DNA of 60,687 bases, counting the filler, from Dirinaria sp. TL-2023a (Eukaryota): the NCBI GenBank assembly GCA_051941275.1. It is 2 parts of 2 records of this genome, joined end to end, with 100 filler letters (N's around TTAATTAATTAA, not from the genome) between each part and the next. Parts side by side here need not be neighbours in the genome. Positions count along the whole stretch, not along the records: positions 1 to 30,296 come from JAVEBF010000101.1; positions 30,397 to 60,687 come from JAVEBF010000102.1. The stretch is one strand, 5' to 3'. Position 1 is the stretch's first letter. The number at the start of each line of letters is the position of its first letter. Positions 25,542 through 38,030 of this stretch are shown in pieces. The translations under genes and the position numbers were made by a program. Below the pieces are notes generated by a model that saw nothing but the letters and a program-made list of their open reading frames with translations, had not been told where the DNA came from and did not search any database.

Positions 25542-26819
25542 TCATGCTGCGCCATATGTTATCTGATCCCGGTTGTCTCGGGTTAATAGAGATCTTTCAT
25601 CTTCTCTGCTTCGCAGTCTGGCTGGCCTTGGACTGGGTATCCATCCCCTCATCCATCCACTTACTCTTCGCCAACGGCCCCGTCCTCGATCATCCATTAC
25701 GACAACCACTTTCCTCTCTTCCCCATACAATAGAAATTGAACTCCTACAGTGGCATCCAAGGCTAGCACACCGGCGGCTCCCAACCAAAAAGGGGCCGCG
25801 AGGCTGACCCACGTAGCACGGTCACTGCCCTCGGGGCCAGCCCAGCCATCCAATCCATAAGGTGGGTAAGAGGCCCAGGCAAGAGGATTAGTGAGAAGCG
25901 AGGAGCTGTAGAAGAGATTGCCGAAGAACGCGGCGATGAACAGAACGGGCGATAAACCTGCTGTGGATCGGCGGCGGGCATTCTTGTAGATCTGGGGAAG
26001 ACGAGAGCCAAGATAGCAAAGGGTGGAGATCCAAGAAAGAAGCCGGCCTGCACCCTCCACGCCTGAGGTCAAAGACCGTATCGGTGCCGCACTTTCCTCA
26101 GTGGCGTGCAAAGGTGATGCGTGAGCGAGCGTGACGCAGAGAGTTGTGACGAGAAGTAAAGACTTTGGTGAAGGATGAAACGGACTAAGAGAGTTGTGAG
26201 AACTGGGGATGGATTGATGAGATGAATTCGGAATGTCCTTTTCGCTCAGTAAGCCTGAAGATTTGGAAGGTTGAGCACGATCTGGCTTTGCGGGCGGAGC
26301 TCCAGTGCTCCTCTTCGCTTTGTCTTCTGGCTCCGGTGCGTTACCGGATAATTTCGCATTATTATTCTGTGGGAGGGACACAAGCGTATCGCTTGAGTCA
26401 CCATCCCTTTCGCCACTGTCCCTCTCTGTATCCACTATCAAGGTCGTTTGCTGCCATGGTTTGATGTGCGAATACCAAAGATATTGGTATACCAGAATCA
26501 CATCCACAGTGACATAATACGCCGCAATGACCACTTGCCACGTCGCCTGCTTTGTCAACAGCGCACCCAACAGATTTGTAGCGTCCCCCAAGAGCCATTC
26601 TGCGAGAAAGTACGCAGAGAGACCGGAGGCTGATCCGAGGGTGTAATTCTTAATGATCTGAGGTAGCTGAGCGCACAGCCAGGAGAGGATGCTAAGAACG
26701 CCCAGCAGGGTCGAGAGAAATGCGAGAGGGGTTGGAATGCAACTATCGAAGGCGGTGGAGACGGTAGAAAGGAAGCTAGTCCTGGGCATGCAATGGGATG
26801 ACAGGTTCGAGGTCTGCAT
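25542..26819 (-). CDS. PQ-loop vacuolar membrane transporter (Ypq/PQLC2-like cationic amino acid transporter)
   Basis: Two PQ-loop motifs (SWLCAQLPQIIKNYTLGSASGLS and YLGSRLPQIYKNARRRSTAGLS), multiple TM segments and a hydrophilic linker. Likely start MQTSNLSSHC at 26819; the frame stays open to ATG 27023. Confidence 0.9.
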   Translation of the reverse strand: MQTSNLSSHCMPRTSFLSTVSTAFDSCIPTPLAFLSTLLGVLSILSWLCAQLPQIIKNYTLGSASGLSAYFLAEWLLGDATNLLGALLTKQATWQVVIAAYYVTVDVILVYQYLWYSHIKPWQQTTLIVDTERDSGERDGDSSDTLVSLPQNNNAKLSGNAPEPEDKAKRSTGAPPAKPDRAQPSKSSGLLSEKDIPNSSHQSIPSSHNSLSPFHPSPKSLLLVTTLCVTLAHASPLHATEESAAPIRSLTSGVEGAGRLLSWISTLCYLGSRLPQIYKNARRRSTAGLSPVLFIAAFFGNLFYSSSLLTNPLAWASYPPYGLDGWAGPEGSDRATWVSLAAPFWLGAAGVLALDATVGVQFLLYGEERKVVVVMDDRGRGRWRRVSGWMRGWIPSPRPARLRSREDERSLLTRDNRDQITYGAA

Positions 26820-28068
26820 AGCGAGAGTGCACAACCCTATGAAGGTCACTGGTGCTAGGTAAGTGAAAGTCGTCCCAGAAGCTTCTAGCCATTGTCCGTA
26901 CCTTAGGGTGAAGGGATCTCGTTCCAGCACGTAGTCTGAATATTGCGGGCCAGAGGAAGTAATCCCACGGGGATCTAGCAGAATAATCCCTCCTTGTGGG
27001 AGAACTGTACTTGTATAGACCATCCGGCTATGTTCAATACAAGAGATGTGTTAACGAGCCGATCAGGACATCTAGAGGCTTCGGTGAAGGACTGTTGGCA
27101 TTATCTGCATTGGAAGAATCCGGTCAAAGAAGCAGCTGAATAGAAGAGTTGCATGAACCCGCCGTCTATGAAGAATGCCGCCAAGCAAAGCCCGAACGAG
27201 GAGAATACAACGAGCGAGAGAAGCAGAAGAGATTTCACTCAAAAGAAGTGAAAGATGCAGTCAGAGGTAGATTCAAGATGTCCGAGTAGGGGTAAAGTGC
27301 AGTACGTAAAGAAAGCAGGGCAGTCATGCTACCCCACGCTCGGGATCGAGTCAGGCGGGTTGGAGGCTGCAGCATGATCTCAACGGGGCGATCAGATGCA
27401 GAATGTGGAGGATTAGATTAGGTAAGTAAAGGTAGGTACGGAGGTAGGTACGGATGGGTACGGAGGTGTACGAGTACGGGCACACAGTGGTCGAGTCGAC
27501 GCCATACATAAGTAAGTCTTACCTTACTATCTAAGGTACATGAGTCGCCTCGGGGACCACCCGAGACTATCACCCAGACGCGACAGTTGGCTGGCTTTAA
27601 TCCACCTGTGCCCCCCCAAGCACACCTGTACGAGTACTCAGTACCAGCCCAATCTTGGCATACATTGCGCTAGCCGGGACTTCTGATGTCGATCTCGATG
27701 ACACGCCCTTCATTGGGAGACTTGTGTTCTGGTGTGTGCTTACTTTTTCAATAATACTTACTTTTATGTACTTTATGCAGAAGCAGCCGATAAGCACAAG
27801 CTGATAAGGTCAGAAGATTGGACCCCTCGGACCTCAGTTTATGCTTCCTTGGGTTTAGCGCCGGAGGTGTTCTTCCGAGAGTTCAGCCAATCTAGATGGA
27901 TTATTTGAACTCCCGTCGCCGAAACAACAGTACCTCAACTGTAATCGAATGCATTTCGATGAATTATGTACACTACAAGATGGGCGCTGACGTTGTCTTT
28001 GCCTACACCCAAAGATCATGCCGCAAGGTTAATGCCAGCGAATTGTTACAGCCTTTTTTTGCCTCTCT

Positions 28069-29111
28069 TCACACTCGATCTTGAATCTCCTCGGTTGCTG
28101 TCTGCCTGTAACCGGAGTCCGCTCCGCTGTAAGGTGGTCTACGCTGCTACTTAGTATGGATCAGGAGAGTGAAGCCGGCGCGATCTCACCTACCTGGCGA
28201 GGTTCTTCGCCGTGACGATGGCCGCACTGCCCGCTGCGTACGCGCCCAACAAGTTCCTCCAGCTGCCGCTCTGGCCGACTGAAAGTGCGACCAAGTCGTA
28301 TACCAAACAGCCTCCGAAGATCCAATCGCTCATCGCGCTTGCACCAGCGAAGCCAAGGCCGGTCAGGACCTTCACCGTCATGCTGGGCTCGACTCCTTTG
28401 AAGAACGCAGCACTGGTGTTGTGAAGTAAATCGAGAACCCCGATGCCGGCGAAAGTCTTCGAGACAATGTGGGTCAATATGGAGCTCGTGGATTTCGTAT
28501 TCATGGGCCCAAGCTTTGCGGTGATGTAGTAGAGCTGGGATAAACTATTGACTGTGACAAAGATATTCGAAAGGTCAAGGCGATCATTGTTCCAAAAGAA
28601 CATCCACGCTGTACCTGGTCAGCGCCGATGTCCTGGAGATCGTGGGTGCACAATTACATACTGCCGATGCAAACATTTCCAAGTGCATACCAGGGTACGA
28701 AGTCCACTGAAGCTCATCGTCAACAGCGCCTCTACAGCATAGGAGCTGATGGTCTCCTACCTATCTGATCCAATTCGCCACGTTCCGCGGGTTTCCTGCT
28801 ATCGAGTCTGTACAAGCGATACAGCCAAGCAAGCTGGAAGAGCTGCTGAGGGAAGAAGAAGCCGCCAATGAAAAATGGTTGAGGACTGAAGGCTGCCAAG
28901 TTGCGATCGTGGATGTCTTTCATGTTAGGGCTGGAGAACATGCCATATTGCTGGCACGCGAAGTCGTAGAGGAAGGACACAGGCGCCTAATCAGACAAAA
29001 CGATCAGCCAATCTTGAATGCTAGCAGCGGTATGGCGTTGAAAAACAAGTTGAGATGATTCGTTTCGAGAGAACTTACAAGCCATTTCGCAGTGGAGTAA
29101 GATATTCCCAT
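28069..29111 (-). CDS. Fungal multi-pass membrane protein of unknown function (5 exons)
   Basis: Exons splice in frame with GT-AG introns: MGISYSTAKWL|APVSFLYDFACQQYGM...ELDQI|VDFVPWYALGNVCIG|TWMFFWNN...KNLA|RPPYSGADSGYRQTATEEIQDRV*. Confidence 0.8.
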
Positions 29112-30226
29112 GGTGATGGAGCTTGGTAGCCAATTGACTGAAGCTGGTCTCGGGCTGTTAATCGCAAGCTATTCCTCTATATAGATGCTGCAGCAGGAAT
29201 ATAAAGAGAACATCCAGGCTGCCACATATCTGCGGCGACATATGTCGTCATGAGTTTGATGACGGGAAGTAAAGGACGAGTACGGAGTAGTCGCTCGGAG
29301 TCGGAGCCGGATTCATCCCAGTCCGAAGATTTGCCGATGCCAACGGGGCCTCAGGGGGGCCTCGGGTCGCTGTTTCTGGTCGGCGGGGAAGCTCTCTCAA
29401 GTCTCAGCTCTGTTGAGGAAATAATAATATGAAGTGATGACTGATGGCTCATGTTCCCTTCCCTTACTCCTACTCCATCACTTCGATGCTTGATTGCTGA
29501 CACTGATGATGGCTGACTATGACTGACACATAAGATGACAGCCAGCAGATCTGGATCGCGCAGTGCCCAAAGTCTACTACCTTCAAAAAAATCAATCGCA
29601 CTCGTTTTCCAGGTCAATTTTATGAGCCACGAGTATGTTGCAGATAGCGACGCTGATATCTCTTCTGACGCTGCCCACCGAATGGGCAGCGATGAAACCT
29701 GGAGTATGCTGTAGAGGGGATCGAAGATTTGGCTTTACTGTGCCATGCGCTAACGCGCCGGAGACATTTCAGCGAGCACGATAATAATAATAACGCCTTA
29801 GAGCAGGGGCATGGAGCATTGCTGAAGTGGTACGCCTGCCGAAACCGTTGAAAGCATTGGTAGATGGGTCGCGAGGCTGAAACCTGAAACATTCGCCACC
29901 TGAAGGCTTCGGCATGCCCTAATCACTAAGGAGCTGTGAAGATCAGGCGCCCTTCAGCATTAAGGCATTTCATTTGCCATCTCCTCCGTTTGAAAGTAAA
30001 TTAATCCCAGAGCCTTGGTTGCGTGGGACCCTTCCTCCTTCTCTTCATGTCTCTTTTTTTCCCTCCTAGACGAAAAGTCTAGTAGTCTGAATTCCCGTTT
30101 TTATTCCTCGCTTTCCTCCTTTCGGTGACGGGCCAGGTAGAGGAGAAGTGCTTTCATCTTTGAGTCTCCAACAATCTAATCCGCTAGCGTGACCCTCTAC
30201 GTCGAATCCCTCACAGTCAGCGGATC

Positions 30227-30296
30227 ATGTCTTCTCAAACACCAACGATCGTCAACAGTACGTGCTATTCTGAGGATGGGACAATCTCCCAAGACA
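30227..30296 (+). CDS. Probable first exon of a gene truncated by the gap
   Basis: Pyrimidine-rich promoter-like tract at 30030-30125, then ATG 30227 (MSSQTPTIVN) and a GTACGT donor at 30258; sequence ends at the N gap. Confidence 0.4.
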
Positions 30297-30396
30297 NNNN
30301 NNNNNNNNNNNNNNNNNNNNNNNNNNNNNNNNNNNNNNNNTTAATTAATTAANNNNNNNNNNNNNNNNNNNNNNNNNNNNNNNNNNNNNNNNNNNN
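30297..30396. other. Artificial contig-join linker (44 N + TTAATTAATTAA + 44 N)
   Basis: Exactly 100 bp and symmetric; the palindromic TTAATTAATTAA supplies stops in all six frames, a standard concatenation spacer. Confidence 0.97.
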
Positions 30397-33300
30397 AGAC
30401 CATAGACTGCGGTTTCCGCCGCCGCCCCGAAGGCCGGGTGATGATGAGATCGTCGTCGTCGTCGTCGTCGTCTTCGCTTCCATTCGCGCTGTCTGCTTCT
30501 TCTCCTTCTTCTCCGCTAGCGAGAGTCACAGCCTGTACCTTATCCCGCAACCCATGATCCCGTGACGAAACCCCCTGAGCCTTGATCTGTGAAGGAAAAG
30601 AAGAAGATGGAACATGCGGTGAAGATAGCGGGGTCTCAGTCATCGCGTGATCCGCACTGCTACTGGCCGACAACTCACGTTTCGCCCGTGATGGCGATGG
30701 CGGTGGTGGCGGCGAGGAAGAAGAAGATGCCGCAGCAGCAGCAGCGTCATCACCACCACCACCATCGAGGAACATGATATCTGCATCCGCCTCCTCTTCC
30801 GAAGAAGAAGCAGGAGGAGGCGAAGAAGATCTTCTTTTCTTCGATGATCCACGCGCGTCGTGAAGGATTCCTCCCTTCCTTTTCGCCTCCTTCTTCGCAA
30901 CACCCTGCACGCCCTCCGCTTTCTTCTGCACTCTCCCCGCTTTCAGAGCCTCCATCACCCGTCCCGCTTGCCCCTTTCTCCTCTCTTCCTCCTTCCTGAA
31001 GAATACCGCGTCAGCTTCGCTGTCGCTGTCGCTGTCACCTACGAACTCGGCGCTCTTGATCTTCAGCCGTTTCTCGAGATCGGCCGCTAAGCGAGCCTTT
31101 CGTTTTTGCTCCCGCGCTTCGTCGTCATCGTCGGGAGTTGCTTCTTCGTCGTTGCCGGTGCCGCTGTCGCGCCTGCGCCGTCTGCGCTTTTTCTTGAGTT
31201 TTTGCAGCGCGTCTGACCGGCGGGTTTTATCGTCCACCGGCCCACCGGGGGGGAACAGGAAGCCTTCTTCGCCATCATCTGTTCTTGCGCCTTCCGAGGA
31301 GGAGTCGTCGTCGTAGTCCGCTCGCTTCTGCCTCGCAGCCGTATTTGGTTTTCGTCGGAGCATTTCTGCTGCGTCGAATTCGCCGGTGTCGCCATATTGC
31401 ATAACTGGGTCTCGGCGATGTCTGTCGATGCAGTCGTGCGTCTCCTGGAGCTCGCGCGCTGTTAGACTGGAGGGGACGATCCAGGTAGCTCCGGGCTCGT
31501 CATCGACGCCGAGCCGCTCGAAGTCGGAGAGGGTCATAAGGAGCCGGAGTTTGGCATCTTTGAACATGGCCGTGGCGCGATCTGGGGTGTCTGCGTTGAC
31601 AACTGAAACGCCACGAATCAGTACGTTTGCCTCGCAAGTCATTCTGGTTCTGTGCTTACCGATGGTTGGCGGTTTCACTTCACTGTCCTCGTTCTCCGGA
31701 TCAAGATTCTCGCCAGCCTCCGCTCTCGTCGCCGCAGCTTCGGCCTCCCAGCTCTGTCGCTCACTCCCAGCTTCACTCAACACCTTCGCAACCCAATCGA
31801 CGTGCTCGATCTTCTCATCATACAATGCCGCGACCACAACACCAATTTGCTCTTCTCTTGTCATCTCACCCTTAACCTCGAGCGTTGCCGGTGCTCTCGG
31901 CTTCGAAGCTACCGTCTGCTCCTCATAGCCGTATTCCAAGTAAAACACCGTTGATCTTATCTTACTGAATAGTAATTCGACGGCCAATTCAGGCCGCTGC
32001 TGCATCTTCTTCACCAGTTTCTTAAGCAGCTGCCTCACCAACTCGTCCCATTCCTTAAACATTGATGCTGCTCTATCGAGACCCTCGGGACCTTTGATGA
32101 TGCGATAAAAAAGCACAATGATATCAAGGCGAAATAGCATGACGCTCAATTCTTGCTTGAAAGCGACTCTATAAAAGAAGCGGTGTGCACGCTTTAGCTG
32201 CTCGGCGTTGAGGTCGCTGTAGTACTTGGTGAAAGCGACGAATGCGTCGACACAACCTTGAGTCATGAATTTGGCTGAAAAGCGAGTGAAGTCGAACTTG
32301 CGCTCTTTGGACACGCGTTGTGCCTCGGCTATCTCTTCCATCTCAGATGCGTTATCTGCGTCATTTACATCATCAGTTTCACCGTGCTGCCTTGCGGCTG
32401 CGGCTTTCTTGGATTTGCGAGCTCTCCGCCGTGAGCGGACCTGAAGATCGACGTTCTCGCGGGAGTACCGCTCCAGCATGCGCAGGAAGACGTGTGAGAG
32501 CTCGGTGCAGGAGTCAAGATAACCAAAACCTTGGTCTTGGTACGTGCGAAGGATGGCGATGATACGGTCGTGGGTGGTTTCTTCGTAAAAGATGCGATTC
32601 TGTATGTTTTCCGCGATGTCTTGGTCTTCTTCGACCGGCGACTCCGCCATGTCCTGTACGATTAGCAGAATTTGAGTAAAGCAGCGCATACCAGCGTGGA
32701 CGTCTCGCCATGCTTTCATGTCTAGGCGATCTTGCATGAAACGGTTCAGGAGGACGAATGTTTCTTGATTGAGAACGCTGGCAACTAGAGCGAAGCTGTC
32801 GGCTTCGAAATCCGTGATGATTTTGTCTTGGACTTTTTTCTTCTTTTTGTCAGCTTCAGCTTTTCTCCTTCGACGCGCGCGCTCGACTTCGAGGAACCAG
32901 GAAACGAGGTAGAAGTATTGTTGTGCATGGGCTTCGAGGACCCGATCAGCTTCACGCTCAATTGCTTTGCGAATGTGGTTAAATAGCGGGTTGAAGCTGG
33001 AGTCGAGGAACTCTTCGACGAAGGAGCGTAGGTGGCGGTTTGCCGCTTCTGACAAGGGAACCGGGAGATCGAAGCGGTCCGAAGACTGTTCGCTGTCCTT
33101 GGAGCGTTGTTTGGGCTTGTTCCATTTCTTGCTTTCGTCCATCTTCTTCAAGGTCTTTTCTTGATCCTTCAATACATCCTGGCCTGATACAGTCGACATC
33201 CCTCGAGCATTGTCACGCTGTACCCATATCATTGTGCCAAAGCGATTGTGCCGTGTTGGTGCTATTTTGGCATAGCCTCTGTGCATATTTGCTTCCTTCC

Positions 33301-34281
33301 TCAGCAGTGACTTTAATTGATCTGTATGTGAGGCATCTCTCTGTTCATTGTCCATGAAAAGCTCCTCTACGTCAACACCTTTTAGTAGATGGAACAAAAC
33401 TTCTAGTATTACAGTGTCTTGGGTCTTGAACTCATCACCAACATTTGATGCAATAGTAAGTAGAAGCGCTAAGACTTCCTGTTTGTGGAATGCTTCAATG
33501 GTTGCCGACCTCGAAATATCACCGTGGTTGCCCTCGACTGGCAAATTTGGCGGCGCTGCGACCATGGCGACATTTCTGAAGAAGTACAGCAGGAGCTTCA
33601 TAATACCTTCATCTCTAGAACTTCGATCCCCAGCTGGGAGCGCCATAGAAGGAAGCCCAATGCGCACCGCGGTTCTAAGAATGGCTGCGTCATGCTGGAT
33701 AATTGCTCGCTTGTATCTTGTCTGCGCCAATTGGAGATATGGGACGTGGCGATGATGATTGACAGTCATCTGCATTTCGGTTTTGTCGATTGGCCATGTC
33801 AATGGTACCAAAAGCTCTACTGCACAATCATCAGTTAACCTTGGTTCCGAACTGTGCTCATCCACTCACACGCTGCCAGTGCAATCTTCGAAGCCAATCT
33901 ATCCTCAGTTGCCTCCTCTGGCCATGCGGCCAAAATCTCCAACAAGTCGCCATTGACCAGATTGGCCTCGGCAAGACACCGTGCAACGTCCAGCCGGTTC
34001 GCTTTCTCATCGTATAGCTTGAGCCATTTCTTGATATCTTTCAGACAGGCTAATGCGTCGTCACCGAGAACGTAGCGACCATCTTCGTCGGCACCGTTAC
34101 CTCCAAGCTATGTGTATAAATGAGTAAAGCCGCTGCTTGTGATGATTGTAGATTGACGTACCGCAGAGACGAGGCTATAAACATACGCTCGCACTTCGGG
34201 ATCGACTGTGCTATATGACTTGGGATCAAGGGAAGTGTCGCCCCCATACGTTGGCACGGCATCTTCTTCCTCCATGTCCAT
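30397..34281 (-). CDS. TOF1: Topoisomerase 1-associated factor 1 (Tof1/Swi1/Timeless), replication fork protection complex; 3' end cut by the gap
   Basis: N-terminus [18 protein letters not shown]...[18 protein letters not shown]; Timeless-type segments [35 protein letters not shown] and [14 protein letters not shown]; acidic/basic tail. Introns near 34.11-34.16, 33.82-33.87 kb and at 31603-31659. Confidence 0.95.
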
Positions 34282-34354
34282 AACCGAAACATGAAAGCTC
34301 AATTGTTACAGTCGATGATTCCATGTCAGGAAGTTCATTGATTGCTTGGCACAC

Positions 34355-34375
34355 ACGCGGGTGCACGCGACGCGT
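34355..34375. promoter_or_regulatory. MCB (MluI cell-cycle box) cluster upstream of TOF1
   Basis: ACGCG (34355), ACGCG (34365) and ACGCGT (34370), 75-95 bp upstream of the ATG of a G1/S-type gene. Confidence 0.7.
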
Positions 34376-34547
34376 CACAATGCCAAGACTTTCACATGCT
34401 TGGCTCTTGGGATGCCCAAGGAGAAAGCGCAGAGTCACTAGGGAAACACTGTCGGAGGAACACCCCAAAGTCAGGATCGCTTGCTTATTATTCAAGAGTC
34501 AAGTTGAAGCTGCCAATGATGACCCTGATTCAGAATATAGATATGAA

Positions 34548-35658
34548 TCAATAATCGTAGAAGCCTTTTCCACATTTCTTCCCCACCCATCCGGCATCGA
34601 CCATCTTCGATAGCAGCACGCTTGGCCTGTACTTGGAATCACCCGTTTCCGTGTGTAAGACCTTCATGATAGCCAAGCATGTGTCGAGGCCGATGAAGTC
34701 TGCCAGCTGCAGTGGGCCCATGGGCACACTTGTTCCGTTCTTCATGATGTTGTCTATATCATCTCTCCCACCTACGCCTGTCTCAAGGCATATTATCGCT
34801 TCATTAATATAAGGCATCAAAATTCTGTTTGCAAGGAATCCAGGAGAGTCTGCGGATCGCGATGGTACCTTGCCCATTTTCTCCACGAACTCCATAGCGG
34901 TGTCAACGGTGTCCTGCGAAGTCTGCAGCCCAGTAATGATCTCTACACCCTTCTGGACTGGTACTGGATTCATAAAGTGGGTACTTATGACTCTTGATGC
35001 CGTAGTGACGTCCGTAGGGTCATCCTTTGGCGTAGTCGAGGCCGCGATTTTAGTAATAGATATCGATGAGGTGTTGGTGGCGAGTATGGCGTGAGAAGGG
35101 GCGATCTGAGCTAATTGCGAGAATATCGAAGTCTTGAGATCCAGTGATTCTGGTACTGCTTCTATTATGAAGTCTACCGAGGCAAGATCTTCCAGATTCG
35201 TGGTAGGTGTAAGGCGCGACCGGGCTTCGGAGGCTTCGGATTGGGACAGGCGTGATTTCGAGACATCTTTCTCGAGAAGCTTGTCTACAATAATCAGATT
35301 AGCTGCAAGATTCCACATGTAGAAAGGCTGAACACTGGGAGAAGCCTGACCTGCGAACTTCAAGCCTTTGTCGATTGCGGCTTGCGAATTATCCACCAAC
35401 GTCACCGGGATTTGAGCCTTTTGAGCCGCCACGAGTGCGATACCTAACCCCTTATCTCCTTCAATTAGCTCTCGTATACCTACAGGATGAGCACGTTGAA
35501 TAGGCAATACGAACCATCTGACCAGCTCCTACTACACCCAATCTTTTGACCTCTGCTGCAACCATTGAGGAACTTGAGCTGAGAGCTCGATGACGAAATG
35601 CCACGGGCGGATTACCCAGGCCGCGAGCACAGGTTCTAGATAAGCGAGGCAATATCAT
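34548..35658 (-). CDS. 3-hydroxybutyryl-CoA / 3-hydroxyacyl-CoA dehydrogenase, probably mitochondrial
   Basis: Arg/Ser-rich presequence, Rossmann motif LGVVGAGQM|GLGIA, then IIEAVPE, ATNTSSISIT, HFMNPVP, PGFLANRIL, PMGPLQLADFIGLD and GKKCGKGFYDY; two introns. Confidence 0.95.
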
Positions 35659-36436
35659 TGTAGAGGCTGAAGAAACTGTGAGAAAGCTCTAGATATCACA
35701 ACCTCGACCCAGATGCAATCTGACGTAGGTACATTTAGTGACAATACCTTAAGCGCGTACTCTTGGCAACCCTCTTGGCTAAGTACCTAAGGTAAGTAAT
35801 AGTACCTGAAGGTACCTATGTACATACTTTCAGAAGGAAAGCTACATTATGCACATGACTTATCATATCCACTTCGTCACCGGAACGCTCGAGTGTAATG
35901 AGTATCAATGAAATAGATTTCATCGATTGACTTGATTAGGATACTCATAATCACATTGCCTATATAAATTCTGAAGAACAATCGGAGCAGCACACTCCGA
36001 TCCCTTGGTAGATGTAAGGTAGCCAATTCGTGGCCATGTAAGGTAGTCTATTAGTAATCTTCGATCCATCTCTTGCATACATGTGACAACATACCCAAGA
36101 TTTTTCAAGACGGATAATTGCAGAAGGTAATCCTGAATCCAACACCATATAACTATTTATTGTCACAAACCGGTGCCTTTGTACCACCGGAGTTTCGCGC
36201 GGTTTGTGATACTGAATTAGCTGTTGGGTCATCTGCGATGGCTCCACTCTCTGCTGGCTGACACGAGCAAGGCGGAATTGTGTTTGCCTAATCAAACACA
36301 CCTCAACCCAACCCAACCAGAAAGGCAATCTTTAGGGATCCGTGATAGATGTTGCTGTAATAAATATCACCGATCCTTCCATGTAAGTCTCCATGCACAC
36401 CTCATTGTCAAAAACGCATCGCTTACGTCTGTGGCA

Positions 36437-36988
36437 ATGAGACCTCGAAGAGAAGACCCATTCATTGACACCATCCATGGCCCGATTCCGCCTCGACACC
36501 CGCGAAAGCGAGCCGGGCAGATGGTGTGGCCGCGAGACCAGAACAGCAGCACAATGGGGACATGGAGCAGGCTTAAGGACGTCTTCACTGGCAAGGGACC
36601 CGATATCTGGTGCACTCGTCGAGGGAGCTTGGGCCCAAATCGCCCAGTCTGGTCCAATTGGAGGAGTCAGGACCCTTATCCTCCGCCTTGGGATAATCTA
36701 GGTTACTATTATGATGACAGAGGAGATGGACCTGCTTGGTTCTACGCCGGACGTCCGGATAATGTTCGGTACGACTTCAGGACGCGCAGATACCGTGTTC
36801 CTGATGGTCAAGTGTGGTCCGATGCGAAGTATGATAGAAATAACAACGAGATGTACCATCGGACCGCTCTGCGCGGAAGACACGCGTGGGAGGATCGTTG
36901 GCATGACCCTGAGCATCCGCACAGGCATCCTTTCGAATATAATCCAGATACTGCCGGTTGGAACGGAGACGAAGTACCGCTTTTCTAG
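36437..36988 (+). CDS. Hypothetical Trp/Arg/Asp/Pro-rich protein (183 aa)
   Basis: Intronless ORF from ATG 36437 with strongly non-random composition (RYDFRTRRYRVPDGQVWSDAKYD). No domain recognised. Confidence 0.65.
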   Translation: MRPRREDPFIDTIHGPIPPRHPRKRAGQMVWPRDQNSSTMGTWSRLKDVFTGKGPDIWCTRRGSLGPNRPVWSNWRSQDPYPPPWDNLGYYYDDRGDGPAWFYAGRPDNVRYDFRTRRYRVPDGQVWSDAKYDRNNNEMYHRTALRGRHAWEDRWHDPEHPHRHPFEYNPDTAGWNGDEVPLF

Positions 36989-37007
36989 CAACAGCAAGAG
37001 GCCCAGA

Positions 37008-38030
37008 TCAAGAGCATTGTGCGTGTAGAGCCTGCCATTCTGTCGAGGCTTCATTCCCAGTTGCTACTGGACGTTTGCTGCGTCTTACGACTGGATACTG
37101 CGCACCTCGGTCAAGGAGTCGTCCACATTTGACACATGGCTTAGACCTTATATCAGTGTATGAGGCGAGCATGTCCTGAGCTGTTCAGCATCAATGCAAA
37201 AAGGAATCGACACAAGGGACATACTAGGAGGTAGTCGATGGAGTTTGGATACCGTCGAGCAGCGACAGATGTAAGGATCGAAGAGTGCATCTTGGTCTTT
37301 TCCTTCGCAGTCACCGCAAAATTGCAGTGGCCAAGATCAGTTTCAACTCGGAAGTGTATATAGGCAGGAGAAGGCAGGTGGATCTGTACCAGTCAGTTTT
37401 AGAGGACAATAAGTGCAAGGCAGTTCATACTTCGAAACTATGTCGGTTGCTATCCAACTCGCTCACTGCGATGCCTGGATGGTTCGCTTTGAATTTCTCG
37501 ACTGCTGATGAGATCGCATCGGCTGATGGAAAGGGTAGGTCGTCGCCCGCATGCTGGCTACTGTCCGTAGCCACAGCATCACTGTCAGCGCCTAGATTGC
37601 GCACTTCTAACCAATCGGGATGTTCTGTGACCATCCAGGGCTGAATGCCTTCTGGATTGGTGGCTCTGCTACTCTTGGCTTTTTTGAGAGTCTCCTGGGA
37701 GCTGGGCTCCTGCATAAATTTTGTGAGCGCTTTGATGGCTTTGGCGGTGTCTAAAGTGCTCGTTGAATAATTCGAGTAGAGATCTTCAGGTGAAGCGTGA
37801 TGTGCGAGCAGAGGTTCGACAAGCCGAGGCATGGTTTCTCGTAACTGGCGGAGCTGTATTTGTATATGAGAACGAGTTGCCGTAACATTTGATGGCCATG
37901 ATTGACTTACCTGAATATGCATGTTCTGCAGTTGATCCAAAGAAGAGGACATCCTACCCTCGTCCCATTCTGCTTCGAGGGTGGCTACTGGCTCATCGAG
38001 GCCAGTATTGGTTGTGGACATCGTGGCCAT
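37008..38030 (-). CDS. MED27: Mediator complex subunit 27 (fungal Med27-like)
   Basis: N-terminal WDEGRMSSSLDQLQNMHIQ|LRQLRETMPRLVEPL; last exon DMLASYTDIRSKPCVKCGRLLD...EWQALHAQCS* gives the CxxC...HxxC zinc motif; three GT-AG introns. Start could also be 38021 or 38060. Confidence 0.8.

Noticed and set aside
29655..29700. CTGA + 9-bp hairpin (CGCTGCCCA/TGGGCAGCG) + ATGAA as a C/D snoRNA internal motif
   Set aside because: No convincing terminal C and D boxes or recognisable rRNA guide; an isolated hairpin can arise by chance.
30341..30352. TTAATTAATTAA palindrome and the ...LIN* end of the 1174-aa ORF
   Set aside because: Assembly linker, not biological sequence.
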